From: Octopus sinensis
Taxonomy: Eukaryota
Direction: 5' to 3'
Length of the DNA stretch: 59,172 bases
NCBI RefSeq assembly: GCF_006345805.1
Contig: NW_021832982.1
Coordinates: 1-59,172, forward strand
In this document: positions 12,786 through 24,976 of the stretch, one piece after another
How positions within the stretch are numbered: the stretch's first letter is position 1
How the letters are laid out: each line of letters begins with the position of its first letter
The notes under the pieces: model-generated
Seen by the model: the letters and a program-made list of their open reading frames with translations, nothing else
The model's database searches: none
What the model was told of the DNA's origin: nothing
Program-made: the position numbers and the translations under genes

Positions 12786-13295
12786 CACGTGCGCATGTGC
12801 GAGTGCGCGCGCGCGTATTTATAAGTATATGTGTGTATAGTTCTCCATCTTTTAATGATGTCTTTGTTGTTCGATCAACTGAATAACCTGTTCATTGAAC
12901 AATCAAAGTGGCTGAGTATTCCACAGACAAGTATAATCTTAATATAATTTTCAGAGAGACTCAGCGTGACAATTCTTGGATTACATTGCATAATCCACCC
13001 GATGGGCTTAAATGCAGTTTCTTTCAACCCAAGATCGCTACTATGGTATGGGGCAATTCGGTTTTATTCTCTTACTCTTTTTACTTGTTTCAGTCATTTC
13101 ACTGCGGCAATGCTGGAGCACCGCCTTTACTCGAACAAATATCGACCCCAGGACTTATTCTATCGGTCACTTTTGCCGAACCGACTAGTTACGGGGACGT
13201 AAACACACCGCCATCGGTTGTCAAGCGATGGTGTGGGGGACAAACACTGACACACACAATACACACACACACACACACACACATACACACACACA

Positions 13296-13342
<47 letters not shown>

Positions 13343-13424
13343 GGTCCCGGGTTGAGTCGGGGTTAACCACAGTAAATAAGGTACTCAATACATAGCAGAG
13401 TAAATTAATTTATTTTATAGAAGG

Positions 13425-13475
13425 AGCTTCTACAGGACTAGAACTGTTTCATTCAAATGAAATCATCAGGAAGCT
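13425..13475 (-). ncRNA. Type I hammerhead ribozyme (complete topology)
   Basis: AGCUUC-CUGAUGA-UUUCAUUUGAAU-GAA-ACAG-uucuaguc-CUGU-A-GAAGCU. 6-bp stem I, intact core, 4-bp stem III and GUA cleavage triplet; stem II is weak. Confidence 0.8.
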
Positions 13476-13522
13476 TCCTGATGATTTCATTTGAATGAAC
13501 AGTTTCTAGTCCTGTAGAAGCT
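13472..13522 (+). ncRNA. Mirror-image hammerhead copy (GAAA box one A short)
   Basis: AGCUUC-CUGAUGA-..-GAACAG-uuucuaguc-CUGUA-GAAGCU. Confidence 0.6.
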
Positions 13523-13552
13523 CCTTCTATAAAATAAATCAATTTACTCTGC

Positions 13553-13607
<55 letters not shown>

Positions 13608-13934
13608 GACACGGGCTTCTTTCAGTTTCCGTCTACAATATCCACTCATAAGACTTTGGTAGGCCCGAAGCTATAGTAGAAAACACTTGCCTAAGGTGCC
13701 ACGGAATGGGACTGAACTCGGAAGCAAGCTTCTTACCACACAACCACTCCTGCGCCTATATTGATGAAAATGTCCAAGACGTTTGTCCAAGTAGTAGGAT
13801 AGAAACCGGGACCTCATTACTGTGAAGTGAATTTCCTAACTGATCAACCACACATACGTCTCCCCTTCTCCCTCCCCTCCCTCTACCTTCATCTCTTTCA
13901 TTATATGTCTTGTGTGTATGTGTGTGTGTGTGTA

Positions 13935-14305
13935 TACTCTTTTTACACTTGTTTCAGTCATTTGACTGCGGCCATGCTGGAGCACCGCCTTTAATCGAGC
14001 AACTCGACCTCGGGACTTATACTTTTGTAAGCCCAGTACTTATTCTATCGGTCTCTTTTGCCGAACCGCTAAGTAACAGGGACATAAACACACCAGCAAC
14101 GGTTGTCAAGCAATGCTAGGGGGACAAACACAGACACACAAACACACACGAGGCCATAGTAGAAGACACTTGCCCAAGGTGCCACGCAGTGGGACTGAAC
14201 CCGGAACCATGTGGTTGCTAAACAAGCTACTTACCACACAGCCACTCCTGCGCTCCTGTAAGTAAAGTGTGTGAATAAAAGTATATGTGTGAGTGGTGGT
14301 GGGTG

Positions 14306-14362
<57 letters not shown>

Positions 14363-14363
14363 T

Positions 14364-14397
<34 letters not shown>

Positions 14398-14813
14398 TAT
14401 ACACATAGGCGCAGGAGTGGCTGTGTGGTAAGTAGCTTGCTAACCAACCACATGGTTGCGGGTTCAGTCCCACTGCGTGGCATCTTGGGCAAGTGTCTTC
14501 TGCTATAGCCCCGGACCGACCAATGCCTTGTGAGTGGATTTGGTAGACGGAAACTGAAAGAAGCCTGTCGTATATATGTATATATATATATATATGTATG
14601 TGTGTTTGTGTGTCTGTTTGTCCCCCTAGCATTGCTTGACAACCGATGCTGGTGTGTTTACGTCCCCGTCACTTAGCGGTTCGGCAAAAGAGACCGATAG
14701 AATTGGTAATGGGCTTACAAAGAATAAGTCCCGGGGTCGATTTGCTCGACTAAAAGGCGGTGCTCCAGCATGGCCGCAGTCAATTGACTGAAAAGAGTAA
14801 ATGAGTAAAAGAG
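13935..14813. mobile_element. Two young SINE family A copies, head-to-head (- 13935-14253, + 14407-14813)
   Basis: Near-consensus copies; the second is full length with an (AAAAGAGT)n-type tail. Confidence 0.9.
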
Positions 14814-15306
14814 TATATATATATATATATATATACATGTATGAGTGTGTGTGCGAGTAGAGAGAGACAAGGGTGGGGAGGTGGAGATACATGCACATAA
14901 ACTTAAGCACATACGCATGTAAACCTACGCACGCAAACGCATTGATAAATACATGCGTACAGACTTAAATTCACCCACACGTACATATATACACACGCAA
15001 CCGATACCCCCAGCTGGCTTAAGCAGTCACCTACCTCCCCAAACTATCTATCCTATTTTTACCCCTTCTCCACCGGCAACATATCCTCCCCACCCATCAT
15101 ACATACATAGATACATACATGCATACATACGCATGTATATACACACATATACAGGCTTACACATATACATGCTTACATACACATACAAGGGTACATACAC
15201 ACACAAGCCCATATATGTATTTATGTGTATGTAGGTGTACATTTATTAGTGTGTAAGCATAAATATATATTTATAGATGTATACACCCACAGATTATACA
15301 CATATA

Positions 15307-15356
<50 letters not shown>

Positions 15357-18197
15357 TATATCTATATTATATATTATATATATTATATATATATTATATA
15401 TACATACACACACACACACACAGATATCTATATATATATATATACATATATATATATGTATATATATATATATTATATGTATATATAATGTATATATATA
15501 TAGATATATATATATATATATATATATATCTATATATATATATATATATATACCATACACCATATATATATATATATATATACACATACACACATACAGA
15601 TATCTATATATACATGCATACACACATATATATGTGTGTGAGTGTGTGTGTGTGTGTTGTGCGCGGCGTGTATACTATCATACTACATGGACATACACAA
15701 ACATAGACAGACATGCATTCACGCACACACACACACACATATAAATTGTGTGCTTTGTACACACATGCATTCGCTAACATACGTACGTACACATGTCATA
15801 GATGTGTGTGTGTGTGTGTGTGTGTGTGAGTGTGTGTATGCGTTTTCATAAATGCAAACACCCATTCTTACATGTACATGTCTGTGTATGTGTGTGTGTA
15901 TGTGTGTGTGTGTGTGTGTGTGTATGTGTGTGTGTGTGTGTGTGTGTGTATTTGTATGAACATACACATGAAGGGACTCCTACACACACATGGAACGCAC
16001 ACATCTATTACCTCCCTTCCTCCCGGCATGGCCTCCCTTTCCACATGACCTCCCTCCTCTCGTCTGTCGACTGTACTCGCCCTCCTTCCTCACCCTACAC
16101 TGTAAGGAAGCTTCTCGCCCCACGACACACCGGTTCTCCAACACCTCAAACCCATCAACCTTCCTATTCCCCCGCCCCACGCCAACACACACCAACCTCC
16201 CAATTTTACCACCCATACCCTCTCAGTTCCTCTCACCCCTACACTATAACCGGACCCCGCCAGTTCCTACCCTAAGAAAACTCCCCCTTCCCACCCTGCC
16301 TCTCTTTCATTCCTTTTTTTTTCCCTCCACCTTACCCAAAGGAGCCTTTTACCCCACCCCACCCCACAACATCCTGCCTTTTCTTCTCGCCTCCACCCTG
16401 ACTCCTGCCCATCCCAAAGAAGCCACTTATCAACTTTACCAACTTTTCCCCCTCCATTTCTCTTTCATTCACACACACAAGCCCACACACACGCACATGT
16501 GTACGCACACACACACATGCACACTCTCACACACACACAAACATACGCGCGTGCGTGCACACACACACTCACTCTCTCTCTCTCTCTCTCTCTTCCCTAC
16601 AACTACCAACCCACTCCAGAGTAAAGCGTCCCATTTTTTTTAAACTCCAAACCCTAACCAATTTATCCTCCCCTCCACATTTATCTACCCAGAATAACTC
16701 TCTATCTACACCATGCCCTAACCAATTCTGCTTTACCGCCTATGTACCCACTTCTTATCAACCCTAGGCTTTAACCAATTCCTTCCTTCTCTACAGTTAC
16801 CCTCAACAAGGAACCTCCGGTTTCAAGTCCCGAACTAGTATCTTTAGCTTCTGCATTTATCCACCTTAAAACCTCCACTTTACCAATGTCCAGTATAAGC
16901 AAACCCTACCAGATTCATACCCCAGTACCTTATGCTAAAATAGGTTTGTGTCACAAGCCAACGCGGAAGCCTCTAACACAGTCGATTAAATAGCTAGAAA
17001 TAACAGCTAAATGTTCCTCAAAAATCACACACTACCATCTTTTAAAAACAATCCATAAGATAATATGGTCTGAGATACGTTATGCCTGTAAAAAGATGGT
17101 ATGGTCAAGACTGGAACACCTTTGATCAGAAGTCTACTCTGTGAGGGTAAAATTAGATCTGAACAATAACAACAAAGAATTTCGTCTAACATCTCCATAT
17201 TTCTCCAATATAAAGAATTGCTTCCTGTCCTTGGTTCATCCTTTCTATCTAATGCTATAAACATTTCTTCTCATCTCCATATTTCCTACTTTTAGGAACC
17301 TTCTCTTTACTCATTATTCCTCTCCGCTACCTCTTTATTCCATGTCCTAAGCAATTCTTCCTCACCTCCATAATTATTCACAATAAAGCACTTTCTATCT
17401 ATGTTCATAGATTTATGCAATATCTCATAACGTGAATATTTACCCAACATAAGAAACTTGCTCCATTCTCTTTATTTCACCTCTTTATTCCATGTCCTAA
17501 ACAATTCGCCTTCACCACCATAAGCATCCATAATAAGACTTTATATCTATGCACCTTGATCTAAGTATTATCCGCTCACTTCGTTAAAAAAAAACCTACC
17601 CCATTCTTCATCTGTTCTTCATCCCCACACTTAGCCACTCCTAGGAAACTCCTATCTACTACATGCCTTGAATAATTCTTTCCACGCTTCCGTATTTACT
17701 GTCAATGGGATACAAGCCAACGAGGAGCCTCTACGCGGTTAAACTGCTAGCAAATGCAAGCAAATCTTACTTCCGTTTTTTTTTAAATAAGGAAATTTGC
17801 ATTTGATAATGTTCTAGATACATCATGTCCAAAAAAATACGGATGTTCACGGCTGGAACGTCTTTGATAATAAGTTATTTCGAATTAGATCTAACTTTGG
17901 GTCAACAACAACAATGTCAAAATAAACTCATTTTTACCTATCCTATGCTCAAGATATTTGCTTCTCACATTCACAATTACTCAACATTTGGAATTTCCTA
18001 AGTAACCCATCCTTAAATAAGTTCTCCCATACCGCTGAATTACCTCCTTCTAGACTCTCTTCTATATACTCCAACCAATTCTTCCTGAACACAGCAATTA
18101 TCCACCCCATGGCTCCTATCTTAATAATCATTTCCATAGCTCAAAAAATTATTTCTAAACATCTATATTTTCATACCATTGGTATCTCTATCAACAC

Positions 18198-18773
18198 CAG
18201 TGATTCTCAACTGGAGTCCATATGACTCCTGAGGGTCCATATAAGATTTTTGTGGTTAAGGTGTCAGCATCATGATCGTAAGATTGTGGTTTCGATTCCT
18301 GGAAGAGGCGATGCGTTGTGTTCTTGAGCAAAACACTTCATTTCACGTTGCTCCAGTCCACTCAGCTGGCAAAAATGAGTAACGCTGCGATGGACTGGCG
18401 TCCCGTCCAGCTGGGGAACACATACGCCATTGAAACCAGGAAACCGGGCCCATGAGCCTGGATAGGCTTTAAAAGGGCGCATTTATTTTAGTTATGCAAC
18501 AAAATAGTAAACTCGGGATCCACAATAATATTTCAAGGCTCCCAGAAAAAATATTTGCTTTAGATGTATGTATTGGTGTGTATTACAAGAAAAAGTTAGG
18601 CTTCTTTAACATTTTACAGTTCAATCTACACAAGTCGTGTGAATAGCAAAATAGGAATTTTGAAAGAAGTTTCTATAAAACTAATTTTTAAACATTGAAT
18701 GATTATGGGAATGCACAAGAATAAAATAATAGGGATCCATAGAAAAACTGGGTGAAGACCCCGGATCTACACA
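18198..18773. mobile_element. Degenerate hAT (Charlie-like) MITE containing a SINE
   Basis: Left end CAGTGATTCTCAAC; right end GGTGAAGACCCCGG, a decayed GTTGAGAACCCCTG-type TIR. Confidence 0.45.
18253..18482 (+). mobile_element. SINE family C (CORE body) with V-domain-like tail
   Basis: GGTTTCGATTCC B box, TTCTTGAGCAAAACACTTCATTTCAC core, GCTGCGATGGACTGGCGTCCCGTCCAG tail. Confidence 0.82.
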
Positions 18774-18885
18774 ACCTAAACAAATCATTTTCATCCCTGT
18801 AGTTGCCCATCTCAACATAGCTTCTACCCGCTCACATTCACAGAAACCTATAATTGTGTTACTCTCATCTACCTCCTACTGTAAC

Positions 18886-19122
18886 CTATTTCTTTACTAC
18901 CCACAAGGGACTAAACACAGAGGGGACAAACAAGGACAGACAAACGGATTAAGTCGATGACATCGACCCCAGTGCGAAACTGGTACTTAATTTATCGACC
19001 CCGAAAGGATGAAAGGCAAAGTCGACCTCGGCGGAATTTGAACTCAGAACGTAGTGTGTAGTAGACGAAATACGGCTACGTATTTTGCCCGGTGTGCTAA
19101 CGATTCTGCCAGCTCGCCGCCT
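18886..19122 (-). mobile_element. SINE family D, full length
   Basis: GGCGGCGAGCTGGCAGAATCG head through to the AAAGAAATA tail. Confidence 0.88.
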
Positions 19123-19442
19123 TAACCATTTATTCATTGTGTTTACATTTTCCTTTCCGAAGCACACTTTTCTTTATTACAACCCCTTTTCTGTCGTCTC
19201 CTCAACACACATTTACTCATCAAACATAAGCTAACTATCTGCCCCATAGCATAACCAAATCTTTATTTTGCCAAAACCTCGTTAAGGAACCGATTTAATG
19301 GATACTTGAACTGATTCCCTCTCTCTGTCACAAATAATTACCAGCCACAATCACTTCCTCTCGCCCTCAAACTCAACTAATATATTCTCATACCTTAAAC
19401 TTTTACCCCACCATATAGGACTTACTATTTACCCTAACCTTA

Positions 19443-19748
19443 TATCGCGGTATCACGGTATCGACCAGACTATCGGATGTTGTTGTACATCGCTAGTCAC
19501 AATGCGCTTTGCATTGCTTTAGCTTTCGAATGATGCCACCTCGCTGGCTTGGCGAACAGGCCAACGTTCCCTCTGATACGGAAGCTAGTCGTACGCAAGG
19601 TTACTCATTTACAGTTGACTGGACTGGAGAAACGTAAAATGAAGTGTTTTGCTCAAGAACACAACTCGCTGCCGGGTCCGGGAATCGAACCCATAATGAT
19701 CTAGCGATCGTGAGTGCAATACCCTAACTATTAGGCCGCGCGCCTTCA
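19443..19748 (-). mobile_element. SINE family C with tail type b
   Basis: Family C head and core joined to the GCATTGTGACTAGCGATGT..ACCGTGATA tail. Confidence 0.78.
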
Positions 19749-19876
19749 CACTGACCTCTGATATTTATTCCTTAATCGCTCCTACACTTACACATTAAAA
19801 TCATTGGTCCTGCTTTATACACCATATTTTATATATTTCCTTCTCACTTTTATTCTTAACCACACTTCTAAAAAAG

Positions 19877-20192
19877 ACTCCGCCGGTTACGACGACGAGG
19901 GTCCCAGCTGATACGATCAACGGAACAGCCTGCTCGTGAAATTAACGTGCAAATGGCTGAGCATTCCACAGATACGTGTACCCTTAACGTAGTTCTCGGG
20001 GATAATCAGCGTGACACAGAGAGTGACAAGGCTGACCCTTTGTAATACAAGTACAACTCATTTTTGCCAGCTGAGTGGACTGGAGCAACGTGAAATAAAG
20101 TGTCTTGCTCAAGGACACAACGCGTCGCCGGGAATCGAACTCACAACCTTACGATCATGAGCCGAATGCCCTAACCACTAAGCCACGCGCCC
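19877..20192 (-). mobile_element. SINE family C with tail type a
   Basis: Family C head and core joined to the CCCCGAGAACTACGTTAAGGGTACACG..GTCGTAACCGGCGGAG tail. Confidence 0.85.
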
Positions 20193-21401
20193 TCTTAACC
20201 ACACTAAGGATTCTCACATTTACCCTACGTCCTCAAGAAGGCTTCATCTCCTCTACACTTATCCACGGGTCTAACCCACTCCCAAATCAATTCTTTGTCA
20301 CTTTTATATTTACCCGCTCTAAGGAACCCCTGCCCAAAGTAATATCTTTAAAACATCTACCCTCCACACGCCTCACCAATGTTTTTCGCCCACCTCACAC
20401 TTTCTTTCCAAGACGTAACGAACCTTCCAGCTTTCTACCCCAACGTCCTACCAATAACGGGTTGCCACTACTTCTCATCACCACCCTCAGCCCAAGTCTT
20501 ACCAATTCTCTCTAACCTACCCTATCCAAAAGCCATTCCTACTCCGGTCCTAACTATTTCTTCCCGCCATCCAGTTACATTTCTTTTTTTTTTTGAAAGT
20601 GAAATATAAAATATCAACAACAACAAAAAATTAAGTCCTACCCCACGTCGTGCAGGGTCCCCGTTTCTTACTCCACACCCATATTTATCCTACATCATTA
20701 CCAATTCTACCCCGTCTTACCCACAACTCAAAACACAAAACATATACCACCACACCCCAAGCCCTTCCAATTCTAGCTATTCCTTACTCTAAAACAAAAT
20801 AAATAAACAAACAAATAACTACCCTACGCCGAGTAGATTCTTTTGGGCTCCCAAACCCTACGGAACCTTACACCCCACCCGACTAACATACCTCTACCCT
20901 TCGCTACTCCTCCCCGTTACACCATTTTATTCTTAGCTCCCAACAACAACAACACACAACCGCATCTTAAATGTTGCATATTCCCTCTTTTTCTCTCTCT
21001 TCCTTTCTTTGTCTCTCTCTCTCTCACTCTTTCCCTTTCTCTCCCTCACACATACACACATGCACACTCACATACTCAAACACTCTCTCTCTCTCTCTCT
21101 CTCTCTCCACACACACACACATACACAAGTACGCACACATTAACGTTATTTCTATTTCTTTTTCATTTCAACGATTCTTTCCTTGTTCGTCTGCCTGCCT
21201 GCCTGCCTGTCTTACACTTGACTCTCTGTCTGTCTGTCTGTCTGCATGCCTGTTTGTCTGTCTGCCTAGATAGGCAGACATACAGACAGGCATGCAAAGC
21301 AGGCAGTCAGGTTGTCTGTCTACCTTTTCAGTTCATAATGTCGCCTTTCTTGGGCGTGTGTCTTTTTGTCTGTTTGCCTACTGGTATCTTAGACTCTAGT
21401 G

Positions 21402-21455
<54 letters not shown>

Positions 21456-21516
21456 TATCCAATGACTTTCTGACTGTCTGTCTGTTTGTTTGTCACTCTG
21501 TCACCTATTCCTTTTC

Positions 21517-22131
21517 TAGGGGCTAAACACAGAGAAGACAAACAAGGACAGACAAACGGATTAAGTCTATTATATCGACTCCAGTGCGTAACTGGTACTT
21601 ATTTTACCGTGGAGGCGCAATAGCCCAGTGGTTAGGGCAGCGGACTCGCGGTCGTAGGATCGCGGTTTCGATTCCCAGACCGGGCATTGTGAGTGTTTAT
21701 TGAGCGAAAACACCTAAAGCTTCACAAGGCTCCTGCAGGGGATGGTGGTGAACCCTGCTGTACTCTTTCACCACAACTTTCTCTCACTCTTACTTCCTGT
21801 TTCTGTTGTACCTGTATTTCAAAGGGCCAGCCTTGTCACTCTCTGTGTCACGCTGAATATCCCCGAGAACTACGTTAAGGGTACACGTGTCTGTGGAATG
21901 CTCAGCCACTTGCACGTTAATTCCACGAGCAAGCTGTTCCGTTGATCGTATCAGCTGGGACCCTCATCGTCGTAACCGACGGTGTGCTCCTACTACTTAT
22001 TTTACCGACCCCGAAAGGATGAAAGGCAAAGTCGACCTCGGCGGAATTTGAACTCAGAACGTAGCGGCAGACGAAATACGGCTACGCATTTCGCCCGGCG
22101 TGCTAACGTTTCTACCAGCTCGCCGCCGCCT
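21517..22131 (-). mobile_element. SINE family D split by a family B insertion
   Basis: Tail 21517-21609; head 21994-22131. Confidence 0.82.
21610..21993 (+). mobile_element. SINE family B with tail type a, 14-bp TSD
   Basis: GGAGGCGCAATAGCCCAGTGGTTAGGGCAGCGGACTCGCGG head; TSD TACTTATTTTACCG at 21596-21609 and 21994-22007. Confidence 0.9.
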
Positions 22132-22514
22132 TTGTCACTCTGTCACCGTCTGTCTGCCTGTATGCTTGCGTGACTCTTTCTGATTGTCTCTTTGTCACCC
22201 TGTTTTACTGTCTTCACCTGTCTGTCTGTGTGTCTGTGTTCTACTCTGTGTGTCTCTCCCTCTCTCCCCACCACTTCTCCCTTTCATCTCTTACTGCACC
22301 TATCTCTAGATCTCTCTCTATAGCTCTCTGTCACTCTCTGAATGTCAGTCAGTCTCTGTCTGTCTGTCAGTCTGTCTATCTCTGTCTCTTTTTCTCTTAT
22401 TGCCACTGTTTCTAAATCTCTCTGTCACTCACTCACACACTCTCTCTCTCTCCTCTCTCTCTCTCTCTGTCACTCTATGCTCATCTGTCTGTTTCACTGC
22501 CCCTGTCTCTCCCT

Positions 22515-23075
22515 CTCTCTACAGCTCTTCTCATTCTCCATCTCCCTCCCTCTCTTAATGCTTGTGTCTCTAAATCACTCTGTCAGTCTCTCTCTGTCTG
22601 ACTTTCACTTTATCTCTGTCTGTCCGTCTGTCTCTGTTTTTGCTTGTCTCTCTCTCTCTCTCTCTACCTCTATAGCTCTTCTCTCTCTCCATCTCCCTCT
22701 CTTAATGCTTGTGTCTCTAAATCACTATGTCAGTCTCTCTCTGTCTGACTTCCACTTTATCTCTGTCTGTCTGTCCGTCTGTCTCTGTTTTTGCTTGTCT
22801 CTTTCTCTCTCTCTCTCTACCTCTACAGCTCTTCTCATTCTCCATCTCCCTCCCTCTCTTAATGCTTGTGTCTCTAAATCACTCTGTCAGTCTCTCTCTG
22901 TCTGACTTCCACTTTATCTCTGTCTGTCCGTCTGTCTCTGTTCTTGCTTGTCTCTTTCTCTCTCTTTCTCTCTCTCTACCTCTACAGCTCTTCTCTCTCT
23001 CCATCTCCCACTCTTAATTCTTGTGTCTCTAAATCACTCTGTCAGTCTCTCTCTGTCTGGCTTCCACTCTATCGC
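22515..23075. repeat. About 150-bp pyrimidine-rich minisatellite, about 3.6 copies
   Basis: Unit marker CTCTTAATGCTTGTGTCTCTAAATCACTCTGTCAGTC recurs near 22552, 22698, 22856 and 23010. Confidence 0.92.
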
Positions 23076-23093
23076 TGTTTGTCCATCTCTCTG

Positions 23094-23129
<36 letters not shown>

Positions 23130-23397
23130 CCTATCTGTAACTCTTTGCTTATCTTTCCTCCATCTCTATCTTCTGTCTTATAACTCAGTCCCCGTGGTAG
23201 TCTATGTTTGCCTTACTTATCTGATATCTCTCTCTATATCTCTTTTGTCTTTAAACCTCTGTCAATCTGTTTGTCCTTCATGTTGTTTTAGTCTATCTGT
23301 TGAGCTATCTCTACGTTCTCTTAGTTTTTGTATTATTTTTCTACCCTATATTTCTGTTTGCGTGCCTGTCTGTCTCTATCTGTATTTATGTAACTGT

Positions 23398-23495
<98 letters not shown>

Positions 23496-23499
23496 ATCT

Positions 23500-23952
<453 letters not shown>

Positions 23953-24976
23953 ATATATAATATATATATATATATATGTCTGTATATATATATATATATA
24001 TATAATATATATATATATAATTATAAAATACAAAATACACAGTTATATTTTGAGATAGCTAGTAATAACAATACTCAAAATATAATACAGACTGGAGTTG
24101 TAGTGCTCCAAATGAGCTATAATCCACTTCTTAATTTGAGCGGATGCAATACGAGCAGGAACTAAAGGAACATTTACTAAGTTCCACACACAAAGATCAA
24201 ATACATATATATATTCATATATTCGTTTATATCTACAGAACGGATATAAAATAATTAATAATATCAGGGTAATAAATATTTTAGAAATTTTTTATGCGAC
24301 TTCGTTGAAACAGTCCTTCCCGCAAAGCAAATTAAATAGAAAAATTATTATGAACGTTAGGAAAACGAGCTTATGAAAGGAGACAGTATAAGCATGTGTT
24401 GTCTTTAGGAAGGTAACGGGCAGAAAGACAGATTCTCTTTCGTCACTTGTCAGCGACGAGAGAGTCGAGGAGGAGGAGTGAGTGAGAGAGAACGGTGAAG
24501 AGGAGTGGAGAAGAATAGGGAAGGGTGGGAGAGAAACTCCTCTCATAAGCTCGTCTTCCTAGCGTTCATAATAATTTTTCTATCGTCTTGGCTTAACAGC
24601 CCTCACCGTTTGTTTTTGCTGTTTTGTTCTCACTGTCCTGTTCTTGTTACCACTTTCACCCTTCGCAAAAGTCCCAAATTTTATTTAATTTGTTTTGCGG
24701 GAAGGACTGTTTCAGCGAAGTCGCGTTTTGTCCTTGCCTTCGGACGCGGAGAAGATGAAACAGGGACAACTGAAGAAGGGGAATATTCTTTATGTTGCAT
24801 GTCTCTTTTCTCTGTTTGCTTTTTTCGTTGTTCGAAAAAAAGTTCGTTTCTGTGTTTTTGTTTTTATGTTTTCGTTTCTCATTGTGTTCAACGTTTTTTT
24901 TTATGTCCTGTGCCCATATATGCATGTATATATACATACATATATATGTACGTACACATATGTATGTATATATGCA

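Larger units (their letters stand above)
13388..13559. repeat. 172-bp spacerless near-perfect palindrome
   Basis: Centre AAGCTT at 13471-13476; arms ATACATAGCAGAG.. / ..CTCTGCTATGTAT, with only a few differences. Confidence 0.97.
13066..13757 (-). mobile_element. SINE family A, with a hammerhead palindrome inserted in its TA tract
   Basis: Tail 13066-13255 and head 13606-13757. A foreign segment at 13340-13559 lies inside the (TA)n tract. Confidence 0.85.

Noticed and set aside
15290-15620. Apparent palindromes in TA-rich tracts
   Set aside because: Self-complementarity is trivial for (TA)n.
21610-21685. tRNA genes at SINE heads (also 3503, 20130, 46952)
   Set aside because: A/B boxes are present but there is no closed acceptor stem, and each runs into a repeated SINE body.
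24770-24795. Hammerhead at CTGAAGAAGGGG
   Set aside because: No downstream stem II partner or GAAA box.
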